From Tubulanus polymorphus (taxonomy: Eukaryota; Animalia; Nemertea), in the NCBI RefSeq assembly GCF_964204645.1, contig NC_134031.1, forward strand, positions 8,928,001 through 8,992,000: a DNA stretch of 64,000 nt. Direction: 5' to 3'. The notes beneath the pieces were generated by a model. The model was not told where the DNA came from. It saw only the letters and a program-made list of their open reading frames with translations, and searched no databases. Position numbers and translations under genes: made by a program. Positions 1 through 12,150 of this stretch are shown piece after piece (positions within the stretch are counted from its first letter, which is position 1; the number at the start of each line of letters is the position of its first letter).

Positions 1-2204
1 CCCCTGTATGCTGATTAACACGTTGAAACACTAGATACACGAATAAAAAATGCTAGAAATTGATTTAATCATGTAGATGTAAAATCGTAGAAAAGGTGTA
101 CAGGTTGGCGGGTTCCAGTACACTATTTGATGCTGATACAGCGAGTGTAGTGCACACCGGGATTTAAATAGAAGCCGGGAACCGGGGATTTTTTCGTTAC
201 TTTACACTAAGTTCCCGGCAACTTTTTTATCCCAAAGGTCGCTTTCACCAGCCATAGAGAACTATAAACGTTTATATTTATATGCACCAGCCCCTCCAAC
301 TCGCAAACTACTTCCTTGTTCACTAAAATGTTTACTGATTGGTCCATTTAACTGGAAATTCCACTGAAGCCTAATGTCGTTTGTTACAAGCGCTGTGATT
401 GACCCGACTGGATTCTGGTCGGCTAGTAACTCAGTGCTTCATCTAGCATTAAAAAAGGGCAGGGTGCTGATTTCAAATAAGGGCATTTTTGTGCGTGATT
501 CCATCGGAGCAAGGGCACATAATAACGCGCTCACGTCTGTTTTAGGGGCAAACTGCAATGTTCCCTATTGCATAGAATCGAGGTACCCCTTACTACGATT
601 GAGGACTAGAAACTATGTTTAACTCTGATTTTGCCATGAGTGACACATTTGACCACAGTACACCCTTACACCTATACCTGTCAATGAACAAAAGTTAATC
701 TAGATAGGGCTTTCAAAATGATTTGGAAAACCAGTTGCAGACAAAAAAATTGCAGAAAAAAGCAATCTCAAGTAGCAAATACAGCGAAAAAGAGCCAGCA
801 ATAGTGTATAGGCCTACATGAAATTGCATATTTTTAATCTTAGAAATATCAAATTAATTAATTTAAATTGATAGTGTTAGTGATTGGCAAGTAACTGTTG
901 ATAATCGGTAAGAAGCTGATAGCGGACGGTTTTTGTCGCTTCTTAGCACAACCTTTTTGCCTCGTGTTTCGAGAGGTGATTGGATAGAATTAAGTTGAAC
1001 ATCAGATTTCGACCAATCAACGGTAAGTTTACTGTTTTCTTCGCAGTAATGGCTGACGGCCCAATTTCATGGCATTTATCAACAATTATAGAATCTGAAA
1101 ACGTCCAGTTCCATCATCACACACAAATTCCATTTTTAAGTATTTTAAAAGTAAGCTGATGAGCCAATATCAGAATATCAATCCCATGACGAAAACATGC
1201 CTATATTTTAACTTTTGAAAGTCAAAAGATGATACTGTTGGAAAGATTGTAGTAGGCCTAAAATTTGAACCTACCACCCAAACCGCCCTGGTAATAATGT
1301 CATCTTTTCCAGACTATTCAATGTGCTACATTTTATTGTGTATTAATTATGAGGTATTGGCCTTGACCTAGCAATTCAATCCCTTGAAATTTTTCTGAAC
1401 GATTGATGTATGTGTTGTTGTCGATCTCCGTGTAATTTGGTAAGATGGTCTGCTGGCACTATTAGTATATGATAGCGGATGGCTTTTAGATACTCATTTA
1501 TAATATGATAGTGGCAACAGGCCAGGGAATAAGCTTTTGTTTATTTACTAGGTTTTTTATAACACACGTTGGAATTGGTAGCACAGGCATATGTATCACA
1601 TATGTTGACATCCTTTAACCACGTCTGAGACATGTACCAATCATGATTCATAACTTACAAAACAAGGTACACTGTCTAATATGTGGTTACAGATGATGCC
1701 ACATTCAAAATTATTATGTAAACATGTACATCATATTGTTTCGGAGGACAATGGTCATCAGATGGCAGTTGATGATACTAAAGTTCAACGTATTGAACCA
1801 AACCCTTTGATTATTTCAGGTACATTAAGTTCTTTTTGTCTATTCACTGTTTTGGCTTCTTGATTTTGCTGAAGTATGCCCAAATTCTAACAAATTTTTT
1901 GCATCACTCATACTTATTAAGGTCTGATCAAATTACAGGTACTACAGATGATGTCATTGAACCTTGTGAGGGACAAGTTTTAGGTAAGCTCTTTACAATC
2001 TGAATAAAAATTTCCAGATTTATTTCCTTAATTCTTGTTATCTAGCATATTTATTTTTTAGAATCAGAGAATCAGTTAGGAAAGAATCATATTCACAGCC
2101 TAAGCAAGTCATAAGCAGGCCGCAAAGATGATTATCTACCACCAATTACAAGTGAGTTTTTCAATGTCAATTGGCAAGCAAAACTAGTTGAAATGGTTTG
2201 AATA

Positions 2205-5200
2205 ATTAGGGTTTTCTGTTACATCACAGAAAACCCTATTGAGATTCGCGTGTTTCTTATTAGGGTTTTCTGTTTCTTCACAGAAAACCCTATTGAGATT
2301 CGCGTGATTATTATTAGGGTTTCGGCTGCTTTCGCAGAAACCCTCTTGTATTTCTGTTGATTATTATCATTATTATTAATGGTCCACTTTCCGGCCAAAA
2401 ATCTTTCATAAAATGTAACTCCTCTCAGATTCGACTACCAACAGCTTATAAACGTAATTTTAAATTCTGTCAGAAATATAACTCAGCGCCTGACCATTTC
2501 GAATTTGCGTATAGTTATCTATTATGAATTAAGCCCGTGTTATAACCGGGTCTAAACAGCGACAAGAATAACGCAAAGCATTGTCATCCATTGATAAAAG
2601 TACATCCCGAATAGCCTACAAATTACCGGATGACCTCGAGCGTCAAACTCAACCGTGAATTCAGACTTACAATTAGTCCGGATCCGTCATTTACTGCGGA
2701 CAATATGCAGCCAACATGGCGGATGGTTGAAATCATTTTCAGCTTAAATTTATCGCAAATTTATGGCGAGTTTTAGGACTTAAATGAACTATGATCCCTA
2801 AAATGAGTCAATTGATTTAATTCTATTAGTATATCAATTTACGTTGGCTACATTTCCTGAAGATTTCTGGCTCAAATCAACGTAATATGGACAGGAATGG
2901 TAGGGATTTTCCTATGGAATTTTACTTCCGCGTTCACTTGATGACTTGGATCGATGACAACGACAGCAGAGTTTATGCAATTTAAGGCGAGAATCCACTA
3001 ACCAGGGTATGTAAGACATGATTTCTTGGTCTAACTGCAGTCAAGGTTACCTTTCCACTGGGTGATGCTATGATATGAGTACATATGATAGCAAATGAGT
3101 ACTCGGCAAAGCAATGATCATTGTTGGCTACCTACTTGCCTAATGCCTAGCTTTTTGGGGGATACGCCTAGAATAGATTTAGGCCCTTAATGTAGTGTGT
3201 AGAGCCATTGGAAAGCCTTAGTAGTTAGTAAGGGACTGGTTTACACTTATGTATACGACTATTTATTTCGATTACTTTCTTTCCAGCTATTAATCGTGGA
3301 ATGAACTGGTTACTACGGTCTTCAATTCCTTTGCCGATTCTTGCAGCTGTTGGGAATATATTTAAACCACAGTGTGCAAGTGTACGTTTCAAATTAAGCG
3401 TCTCAGATGCTGTAAGTACTTGACGTTTTGTGTAATTGTTTTTTTCTAATGTCATGTTTAAAATATTTGGATCAGTAATCAGTCGTGCTAGTGTACATGC
3501 AGAATTGGATTCATTGTTATTATGGGATGATAATTCATGAGCATCAAGAGTCCTACGATATACCCTTGATATGAAGCTTTTAAAAGTTTATCAGAGACTT
3601 GTTTTGGAGTAAACCGAATCGCCCTTAAAATACCAATTCCACATGGCTTAACGGTCGGTGTCTATGCTCTGCGAGACAGTAGGAATAGATGTTTCATGAC
3701 AAATGAACCATTTAAATATTTATTATGCTTTCTTTCACTCCTCTATTATATTACATAACTGAGTAATTCTTACATTAGATTGCTTAATTACAGGTGGAAA
3801 GAGGTCAGATGGCATGAAAATCGACTGTGGCTGACTAATTGACGCGCGCGGATAAAGCGTTGAGGTTTCAAAATGTAGCCAAAATGCTTGTATCATCAGG
3901 GGTAGACAAATTATCCGAAGATAAATGAAAACTCCACCTTGTTGATCGTCAGTTGATTTAGCAGTAATTATTTCGTCTGGATCAATCGACACATAATTCA
4001 TTTCAAAATCTGTGTTCAGTAGAATTTCTTTCAATAAAATAAGAATCTATTTGACTAATTTTTTACTAATGTATTCAGGAGTGAATTTTAATTGATCTCA
4101 AAACCAGAGAAAGCATTCTTCAAAAATTTAGAAAGTCCTAGACTCATAATCAAATTCTGTGAAGTCATTTAAGGTCTTTTGCTCGAATCAAGCCAAGGGC
4201 TCAGGTGGCTAAAATTCAATTCCTCATTGTCCTATAATGCCGAGTACGACAGAGTTTACACACTGAAAGACGTTGCGCTGTGTAAGTGTAATTTGGATAA
4301 GTCAGCAATATAATGACGGCCCTGCCCCGCACGCTCCATCTGAGACATCATAAACAAGTTGGACTGTATTGCTTCGATGCTTTGACAAATGGACTCCTAA
4401 TATCCACATATCCAGTATAATATTGACCCAGGTTGCGCTTCTAGGCAATAGTCATATGTTATGGGCTAGAATTATTTCGATGAAATCTTCGTACGCTTCA
4501 CAGTTCGACATATGAACCAATTAGGTAGAGACCCGTTATCGCTGCTGTGCAGCTATATTTATTATTACTATTTTTTTCCACACTTTTTTTGTCAAAAGTA
4601 CAAGTCGTCTTTCTAGTCTTTCTAGTACAAGTTGTTTTTCTAAGTCGTCTTTCCGAAATCTACCGCACGTTTCTTGTCACGTCGATTATTAATTCAAGCA
4701 TGAATTAACAAGTTTATTACCAGATTGCACATTCTGTCGCGGTTTTTAAAAACTAATTTTAACAATAGCCATTTTTCCTCATCAAATCATATTACCGATA
4801 CACAGGAAATTTACTACTTTAGATTTTAAAAGCACTGTCAAGCCGTAAACATTGACAAATCGACGTGTGTCACTACATCGTCGTTCCGGGGATCAGCTGC
4901 GAGTTTCTCCTCATCATGAGAATCAAATCGAGTACAATTTGATTTATTACTACCAGTGATTTGGCTGCGGGCGTCAAGCAGTTAGTTTAGCAATACCTAT
5001 TTTTCTATATCAAATTAACCGTGTATTTACTAAGATAAATCATAAGTGTACCGGGGAGTCGTAGGCCTAAACTAAACACGCCGAAGAGATAGCGCAGAAA
5101 ACCTGTTATGTCGACGAGGTATCAAAATAAAAGAATATATTACTTTATTCGGCCGCGGGCTTCTACCTCTATATCAATACCATCAATACTCTATCCTACA

Positions 5201-6413
5201 GTACATACCGATCATTGTCAAATGCACAAGGTATTTACTAAATACAAGTATATTACACACTCCTTTCTGTATGCTGGACTCACACTTTACATTAGGAGTA
5301 AGCGTTCGCTGTGGGGGAAAGGAGATCGTTCGCTGTGTCGCTTGAAGTGTTTATCGAGTTTTACGCGGCTTTAGGCCTACCGGTACTGAGCTTTACTGTC
5401 TCAAACAAACACAGTATAATTGTTGCGTTTATTAACGGACTCATTGGATTGAACTTCAAAACAAAATTTACGATATTTAGGAGGGTTGTTATTGAATAGG
5501 CCTACGACCAATCTGTCCGGATGTTAGGCCTACGCATATACATAAGCCTACATAGGCGAGTAGCCTCTACTAGGTTAATGCTAATTTCACTGTAAAGGAG
5601 GAATCAGATTCATTAAAATGCACGTTAATTATTGATTAACTGGTTGTGACTTGCAACGATCAATCAAAATTATCAATTTTATTGCCAAAAAAAAAGGTTC
5701 TTTTGAAAATTTCGTCTGAGCAGACAGCTTTATAAGCCAGACTTTTCATTTGAGTTTTTTCATCATAAATGAAACAAGTATTTCATTAATTCCTAATGAC
5801 TTAATCGCGTCACAAGGCCGACCTACGTCCGACTATTAGTTACTGCGGAGCCCCAGAAATATCTTTTTTTTCGTTCAAAAGACCTTTCGCTTGAAAATTC
5901 AAAAAGTTTTTCATATCAACAATAACATAGCTTTTTATTCGAACACATTTTTTTTATTAGAATGAACAAAAGTTTTGGTTCAAACAAAAAGCGTATTGTT
6001 CGATCAAGCAGAATTGTTTTCATTTGAACAAGATTTTCTTGTCGGAACATTAATTTTTTGGGTCAAACAGCGTGTTAAGATCTTTTTGGAAATTTACTCG
6101 GTCTGGTATATTTTGAGTTACTGTGTATGTCATTTGTCAGGACATTAAACAGACGAAGACTTAGGATACTACCTTGCGTGACTCCACTAGTTGAACAGAC
6201 TTATTCCAAGATGAGGCGTTCCGTTGATTTCGGCTTCAAGTTTTCGTTCAGACAACTTCTGAGCCATTTGAGCGACCTATCATTGATACTGCTTCCTAAT
6301 AGCCTGTTTAGTAATGGTGTTGTGCCTTATCAAATGCTTTGTCGAAATCCACCGTTGAACAGGATTCTAAGACTGAGCAGAAAACCCGTTATCGCTGCTT
6401 TGCAGCTATATTT
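2205..6413 (+). mobile_element. Nested non-autonomous Helentron-like (DINE-1/HINE-type) elements
   Basis: Three heads AGGGTTTT...AAACCCT plus (TTA)n at 2209, 2263 and 2317; two tails ACCCGTTATCGCTGCT(G/T)TGCAGCTATATTT at 4531-4560 and 6384-6413; body homologous to 52372-54437. Confidence 0.7.
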
Positions 6414-6729
6414 ATAATTTTAAGTTTGGAGTGACTGTTTTCTTTTTTTTAATTTGGCTATGAAGAGTGAACCTCTATCTTTGTATATTCACCAATTTTC
6501 TTTTCCTTTTATCAACAGATCTCTCTCAAATTGAAATCGAGGCACGGAAGAAAATTATAAAAGAACTCTTTCCAAATGCTACAGGGAAAATTCATTCTGC
6601 ATGCTTGCGTAATAACCGATGCACCCAGTGTTCGAATAGTGACAAAATAGTAACTAAAAATAGGATAAAACATTCGCTTTTTTGCACGAACGTCTCTACA
6701 AACGTAATACACGGGATGAAGCCAGTGAC

Positions 6730-9150
6730 ATAGATGGCTTATTTATATAGAAAATGATAGAATGTACTGTTCCATATGTAGAAAACATGATATGGTTGCC
6801 AAAAATAGTAAAAATAAAATATGGGCTGCTGATTCCTGTGTTAAAATAAGAACTGATGCAATTAGAGATCATTTGATGATTGAAAAACACAAAAATGAAT
6901 GCAGGCCAGCTCATTTTTTTCAAAATATACTCGAAAAAAGTGGAGGTAGAGATGGATGTGTTAAGATCAGTTTTCATTTCTTTGTACTGGATTCTAAAGG
7001 AGGAAATTGCTTTGGCCAAGGTACCAAGTTTGTATGATTTGCTAGAGGGCTGGGGTCTATGGAATTGAACTCTTTGATCACAGGTCACCTTTAATAGTTC
7101 AACAAATGGCATTGACTATTGCTGAAGAGATTAAGAAGTCATTTTTATGTGACATACGTGTCAATAATCATGTTTATGGTTTGTTAGTAGATTAAGCCAG
7201 TGACATCAGTGTTTGTGAGCAGCCCTTGACCTTTATTAGGCATGCCTCTTTTACCAATGGTGAATCTTGTACTAAGTGTTCATCTTCAGATAAACTTGTC
7301 GGTTCTGCTAATGCAGATAACATTACAGAGACTATAACATTGCAATTAAACAAGTGTGAATTATCTCCAGAGAAACTGAGCAGCATTGTGTCTGATGGGG
7401 TTTCAACTTTTACAGAAAGAAAAAATAGTGTAGTAGGAAAATTAAGAATTAAGAAACGAAATTCTTAGTATGGACTTTGCTAAATTGACATGAGTGTATG
7501 TTTAATCAGCATCAAAATTAAACATTGGTACTCTAGATTAGAGATTATAAGCAGAACAAATGAAAAATAGGGAAAACTTTTGGATTGAATTCAAATGACG
7601 GAGAAGACTGACTTTTTACAGATAATAAGATCGAAAATTAGGACGGAAAATATCAAGAAAAAAATGTCTTTTTTCGAATTATGAATGTCAACGCATAGGC
7701 CTACCTATCTTCGGCATGAAATTTTTGGCAGAATTCGTGCTCTAAGTAATCAAAAAAGCCTAAGATGTCCCCCTAGATTAAATCGATGAGTTTTCATGAA
7801 AATCTGTCTATTGATACGATCTCCATCACAACCAATTGCATGTTCATGAATATACATGGTGGCAGGTTTTCCCCACTGACTCTAATAGAAACACTCAGCT
7901 TCTATACACTGTGTACGAGGTTTGTTAGACAATTTACTTTCGTAAATTGAACAATTTTCAAGTTCCTATGTTTACTGTCCTTCTATAAAATTCACTGCTT
8001 TTCACGGCCAGCCGCGACGAACCCTGGCAGTTGAATCATTTGCAGTTTCCAGGAAAACTTTAACTAGGCAACGTGCGAGGCGCGCTTTTCATATACATGC
8101 ACAGATCACAGCGAGTCTGTAATGAGCACGTGTGTTTAGCATGAATAAATGTAAAAGGGCATGTGTTCTTCCGAAACGAAATATAGTTCCAACAACGAAT
8201 AACTAAATTGATAAATAAGCAACAGATTCCGATGAAATTCAATAGGGTTAGAACTTTTATTACTGCATTGAATGTTTTAAAAGTTCTAAAGAGAAACTTA
8301 GCCTCGTTTTGAAGTAATTTTGAAACCAAAGCAAGAAAGTTTCATATGTGATAACAAAATGGACTTCGCTAAAGCGAAAATCCATAATAAACCCTCATCT
8401 TTTGAACATACTCTGCATTTGCCATAGATTGGCTTTGTCCTGTACAGACACAGACAAGGCACTGCAACAAATTAATAATATGGTTCAGTTATTGACAAAC
8501 ATGTGGAAGTTTTTTGAGTATAGCCCTAGGAGGACATCTCTTTTTCTCGTATAAGCTAAATCTAAACTTGAGAACATAGGAATAAATGAGTCACATTGCC
8601 GAAAAGTTGGATCTAAAATCATGAAAGCATCTCGAACACGTTGGCTATTGGTTGAAGCAGGCCTTGTCTCTGCCATTGGTAGTTATGCAGCCTACAAGCC
8701 TTACGCTTGGAAAAGGAATATAGGAATGACGCTGTGGCGATAGGATTGGTACAACAGCTTAGCCAAATCAAAACGCTAGGAATTCTCTATTTGATGTTTA
8801 AGATTGTTCTGGTATTGACAGCCCTCAGTAGGATATCTCAGTAGGATATTCCAGGCTGGTGAAATAAATTTCAGCATGCTTAAACCAGCTATAACACATG
8901 TTAAAGAAAAAATAGAGAGCGTGGAATGTCCTATTGAATAGAGCTAAAAACTGACTTGGCAAGTACCCGTAAGTTAAGTCTTCTAGAAATGGAATATTGT
9001 CTGATCAAACTGAACGTCAAATATCAAATTTGTTCACTACATACAAGCTGCTACCATAGCCAATCTAGACAATAGGTTTAAAGATTAATTAGGGGTATTA
9101 GATGCTATTAGCATATTTGATCATATGACTCTGCCGAACAATCTAGACAA
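6730..9150 (+). pseudogene. Decayed hAT transposase (ZNF862/C17orf113-like), interrupted by an insertion at about 7470-8385
   Basis: Fragments in changing frames: MYCSICRKH...DHLMIEKH finger, LYWILKEEIA, LLVD*ASDIS, IVSDG, NPHLLNILCICHRLAL (CxxH), RTRWL. Confidence 0.85.
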
Positions 9151-12150
9151 TACTTATACTGAAGATTCGTAGCGTAGCCGTGTTGACCAGGTTTAGAATG
9201 AATAACGAGACGAGAAGTACTATATAGGTTAACTATTTATTTGATGCTTTCGCTACTCATGAATAGAAGCTTCATCAGGTGAATGTTTATACTATATCCA
9301 TTGAATTTGGATGTTGAAGGGCATCGTCATCATCATTGAGAAACAAAGGTCAAGGACTTTCGACATTAATGGGATAATGGCAACACCAGATGGTGCAACA
9401 AAACACTGGGCCATTAATCAATAAATAAATTAACATTATCTCAAAGAATGTTATCAATATGACATACTGCACATCAGTTTTCGAAATAATTGTACACCTG
9501 TTTTCGTAGTGAAAATCAGTTCATTTTCAATAAAATTTGAACTTGATCTTTAGGCTCCATAATCCGAAAAATATCAAACAAGTCATCGGATAAGATTCCG
9601 TTTCTCACTCAGTGTATGGTATTGATTTCACTGAAAACCCAGTGCCACTAGCAATCCTTATGGATTATTGCAGAATACTTACTTCCCTCAGCAGCCTTGC
9701 CGGTATCCCATTCCAACACCCATTTCCCTCCTACTGACAAAATATCAGCATTGTACCACCAAGAGCTAACAGAGAGCCAAGATCCTAAAAATGTGTATTC
9801 AAGTGCTGATTCTGCTGAACAACAATGGCTGCCAGCCCGCCATCTTGATTCTGACCGGGCAAGTTTTTGGGCAACAGATGTGTCTAAGGTAGATTCATCT
9901 ATAAACCAAATATCACAAGAAAGCGTATTGAAGAAAACTAGATTTTGTCTACAGACAAACGGAAGTAGGACACAAAAGTGAACGCAATAGCCTACTGGGA
10001 TATAAGTCCAAAGTGCCCAGTTCATGGTAAACCTACACGACATGATGCATATAGTGCCTCAAGAGCTAATAATAATTTAGATTGACTGTGTATATGATGA
10101 AAGTGAAGAACAAAAACTGAAGGAAACTCAAGCAACATATATAATATAAGAATAGATTTGAAAAAACTAGGGGCCCAGGGACACTGCACCCACTTGGGAA
10201 GTGGCTTGAAATGTTCAACAATCATATAATTTCAATATTCACTGCCCCCATGTAAAAATATAATGAAACCAATAACCTTGAAACTCGTCACGTAGAAAAT
10301 ATATCACGTTACAATTTTGCAACTGATTGTGGTATCAAAATATCCGTGTACACCAATACAATATGAAAATACGAAGTTACTTGGCTATTCAACGTCCCCC
10401 GGTGACCAATGACCTCGGTCGTAGAATATCCGTAGGTAACATTATGAATATAGTTGAACCTTGATAAAGGAAATTGGTCGGAAACATTAGACTGCAGAAT
10501 GGGAACAAACTCCAAAGTTGCTATTTCACACACCAAAAAGACTGTGGCGGCCATCTTGGATAACCTGTATATGTCAAAATCAATAATAGGGCACATCCTC
10601 CATCTATCATTAAACCACATATCAAGTAAATAGACGAGAGGTCCAAAGGTCCTATGCTCTCGAGGTCCAGTTTTTGAAATATTAATGAAAACATATTGAG
10701 GGATGAAAACGGCCCATATTGAAAAAGTCAGAAATATCTAAAAAAAAGAATTTTTTGGGGAACAAAAATCAGCAACTTTTAGCCAAAAAACTTACTTTCT
10801 TTTGGTCAAAATGTCATTAGTTTGGGCCTGAATAAAAGCCGCTTTTTGATAAGACGTCATATCAGTTTCTCCGACTCAACAGTTGTGCTAACTACCGCTG
10901 AAAACTGTCTTAAGGAGCACTCCTAACTACGGAGCGCTCCGATGTGACGCCAGCGATTGAGGTGATTAAAGCGATCGGGGCGATTAACACTGATCTCGGA
11001 AATAAAGAATATGTTAGAAAAGGTCGGAAATTCGTCTATTGTCGGAATTTTTTCATCCCTGCATATTACATTGTTAATTCTAGAGTGAGATATGGCCTAA
11101 TAGAGTCGGTTATAGTTCAAAAAGATCGACAGATATAACGGCCTTCCCAAGACTTTTCATGACCAATGTGTATCACTTTCAAAGACTTTTTAATAATTAT
11201 TGGACCGATAGTATGAGCATATGCTGTCACTGTAGCGTGTGCCAGTGTCAGACACTATCTGCTGGCCTCACGCGCGCTAACATGTGACATGGCTAGGCGC
11301 CAACTGGAATTTAAGACTGCTACTGACCCTTGGTGCAAGGTGCCTGTTCACACCAAGTGATGTAGTCTTCCGCATAATTATTCACCTTGTAAAATAAATT
11401 TATCTGGATGAATCATTGCTAAAATATAATTCAAAAATCTTTTTAATATTATTGTGATTAACCTCTATCACCATTCATCCCAATATAATCTATGCTATAA
11501 AGGAAAAACTGTCATTCTTCGTAACCAGTTTGCGCGAAATCTATTCATTGTTCGGTCATGAAACTTGGCATGTACACAGAGGAATAGATTCTCATAGTAA
11601 AGATAAAAATTTTATTTGGAACCAGAGTGTAATTTCCCCCAAATTTAAATCCCCAAAATCCCAGTAGATTCCAGAAGTCGGCAGTTTGATGGTGTGTACA
11701 AGCATGTACTGTGTTATCTGTTACTGCAGTGTTTGACCCAATTTGCACCAGATGAGATTATCACAATAACAGAATTTCACTGAGACATTTGTATCCCTAT
11801 ACAGAGCACTGCCAACCAGCCACTCCGACTCTCAGTACAGGGTGAACAAATTTCTAAACAAATATTTATTGTAAGGCATAGTAAGGATCCAGGAATAGAG
11901 GGGCATGTCGATAAAGGCCTAGACATTCTTCAGGCTTTGGGGAGAAAATGTCGCTTGAGGGGCATGTCACTCTCAGTGCTGGGTGAACAAATTGCAAAAA
12001 TATCTACTGTTATAGATCGAGGAATTGAGGGATATGTCGTGACATTGCTTGATGAGATTTAATTGTTAAAGTCAATAGGGATTTATTAGGCTAACATTTA
12101 GGGAGCCGCCCATAATTTTTTAACCCATCGAGGATGGGCATTTTTGCTTG

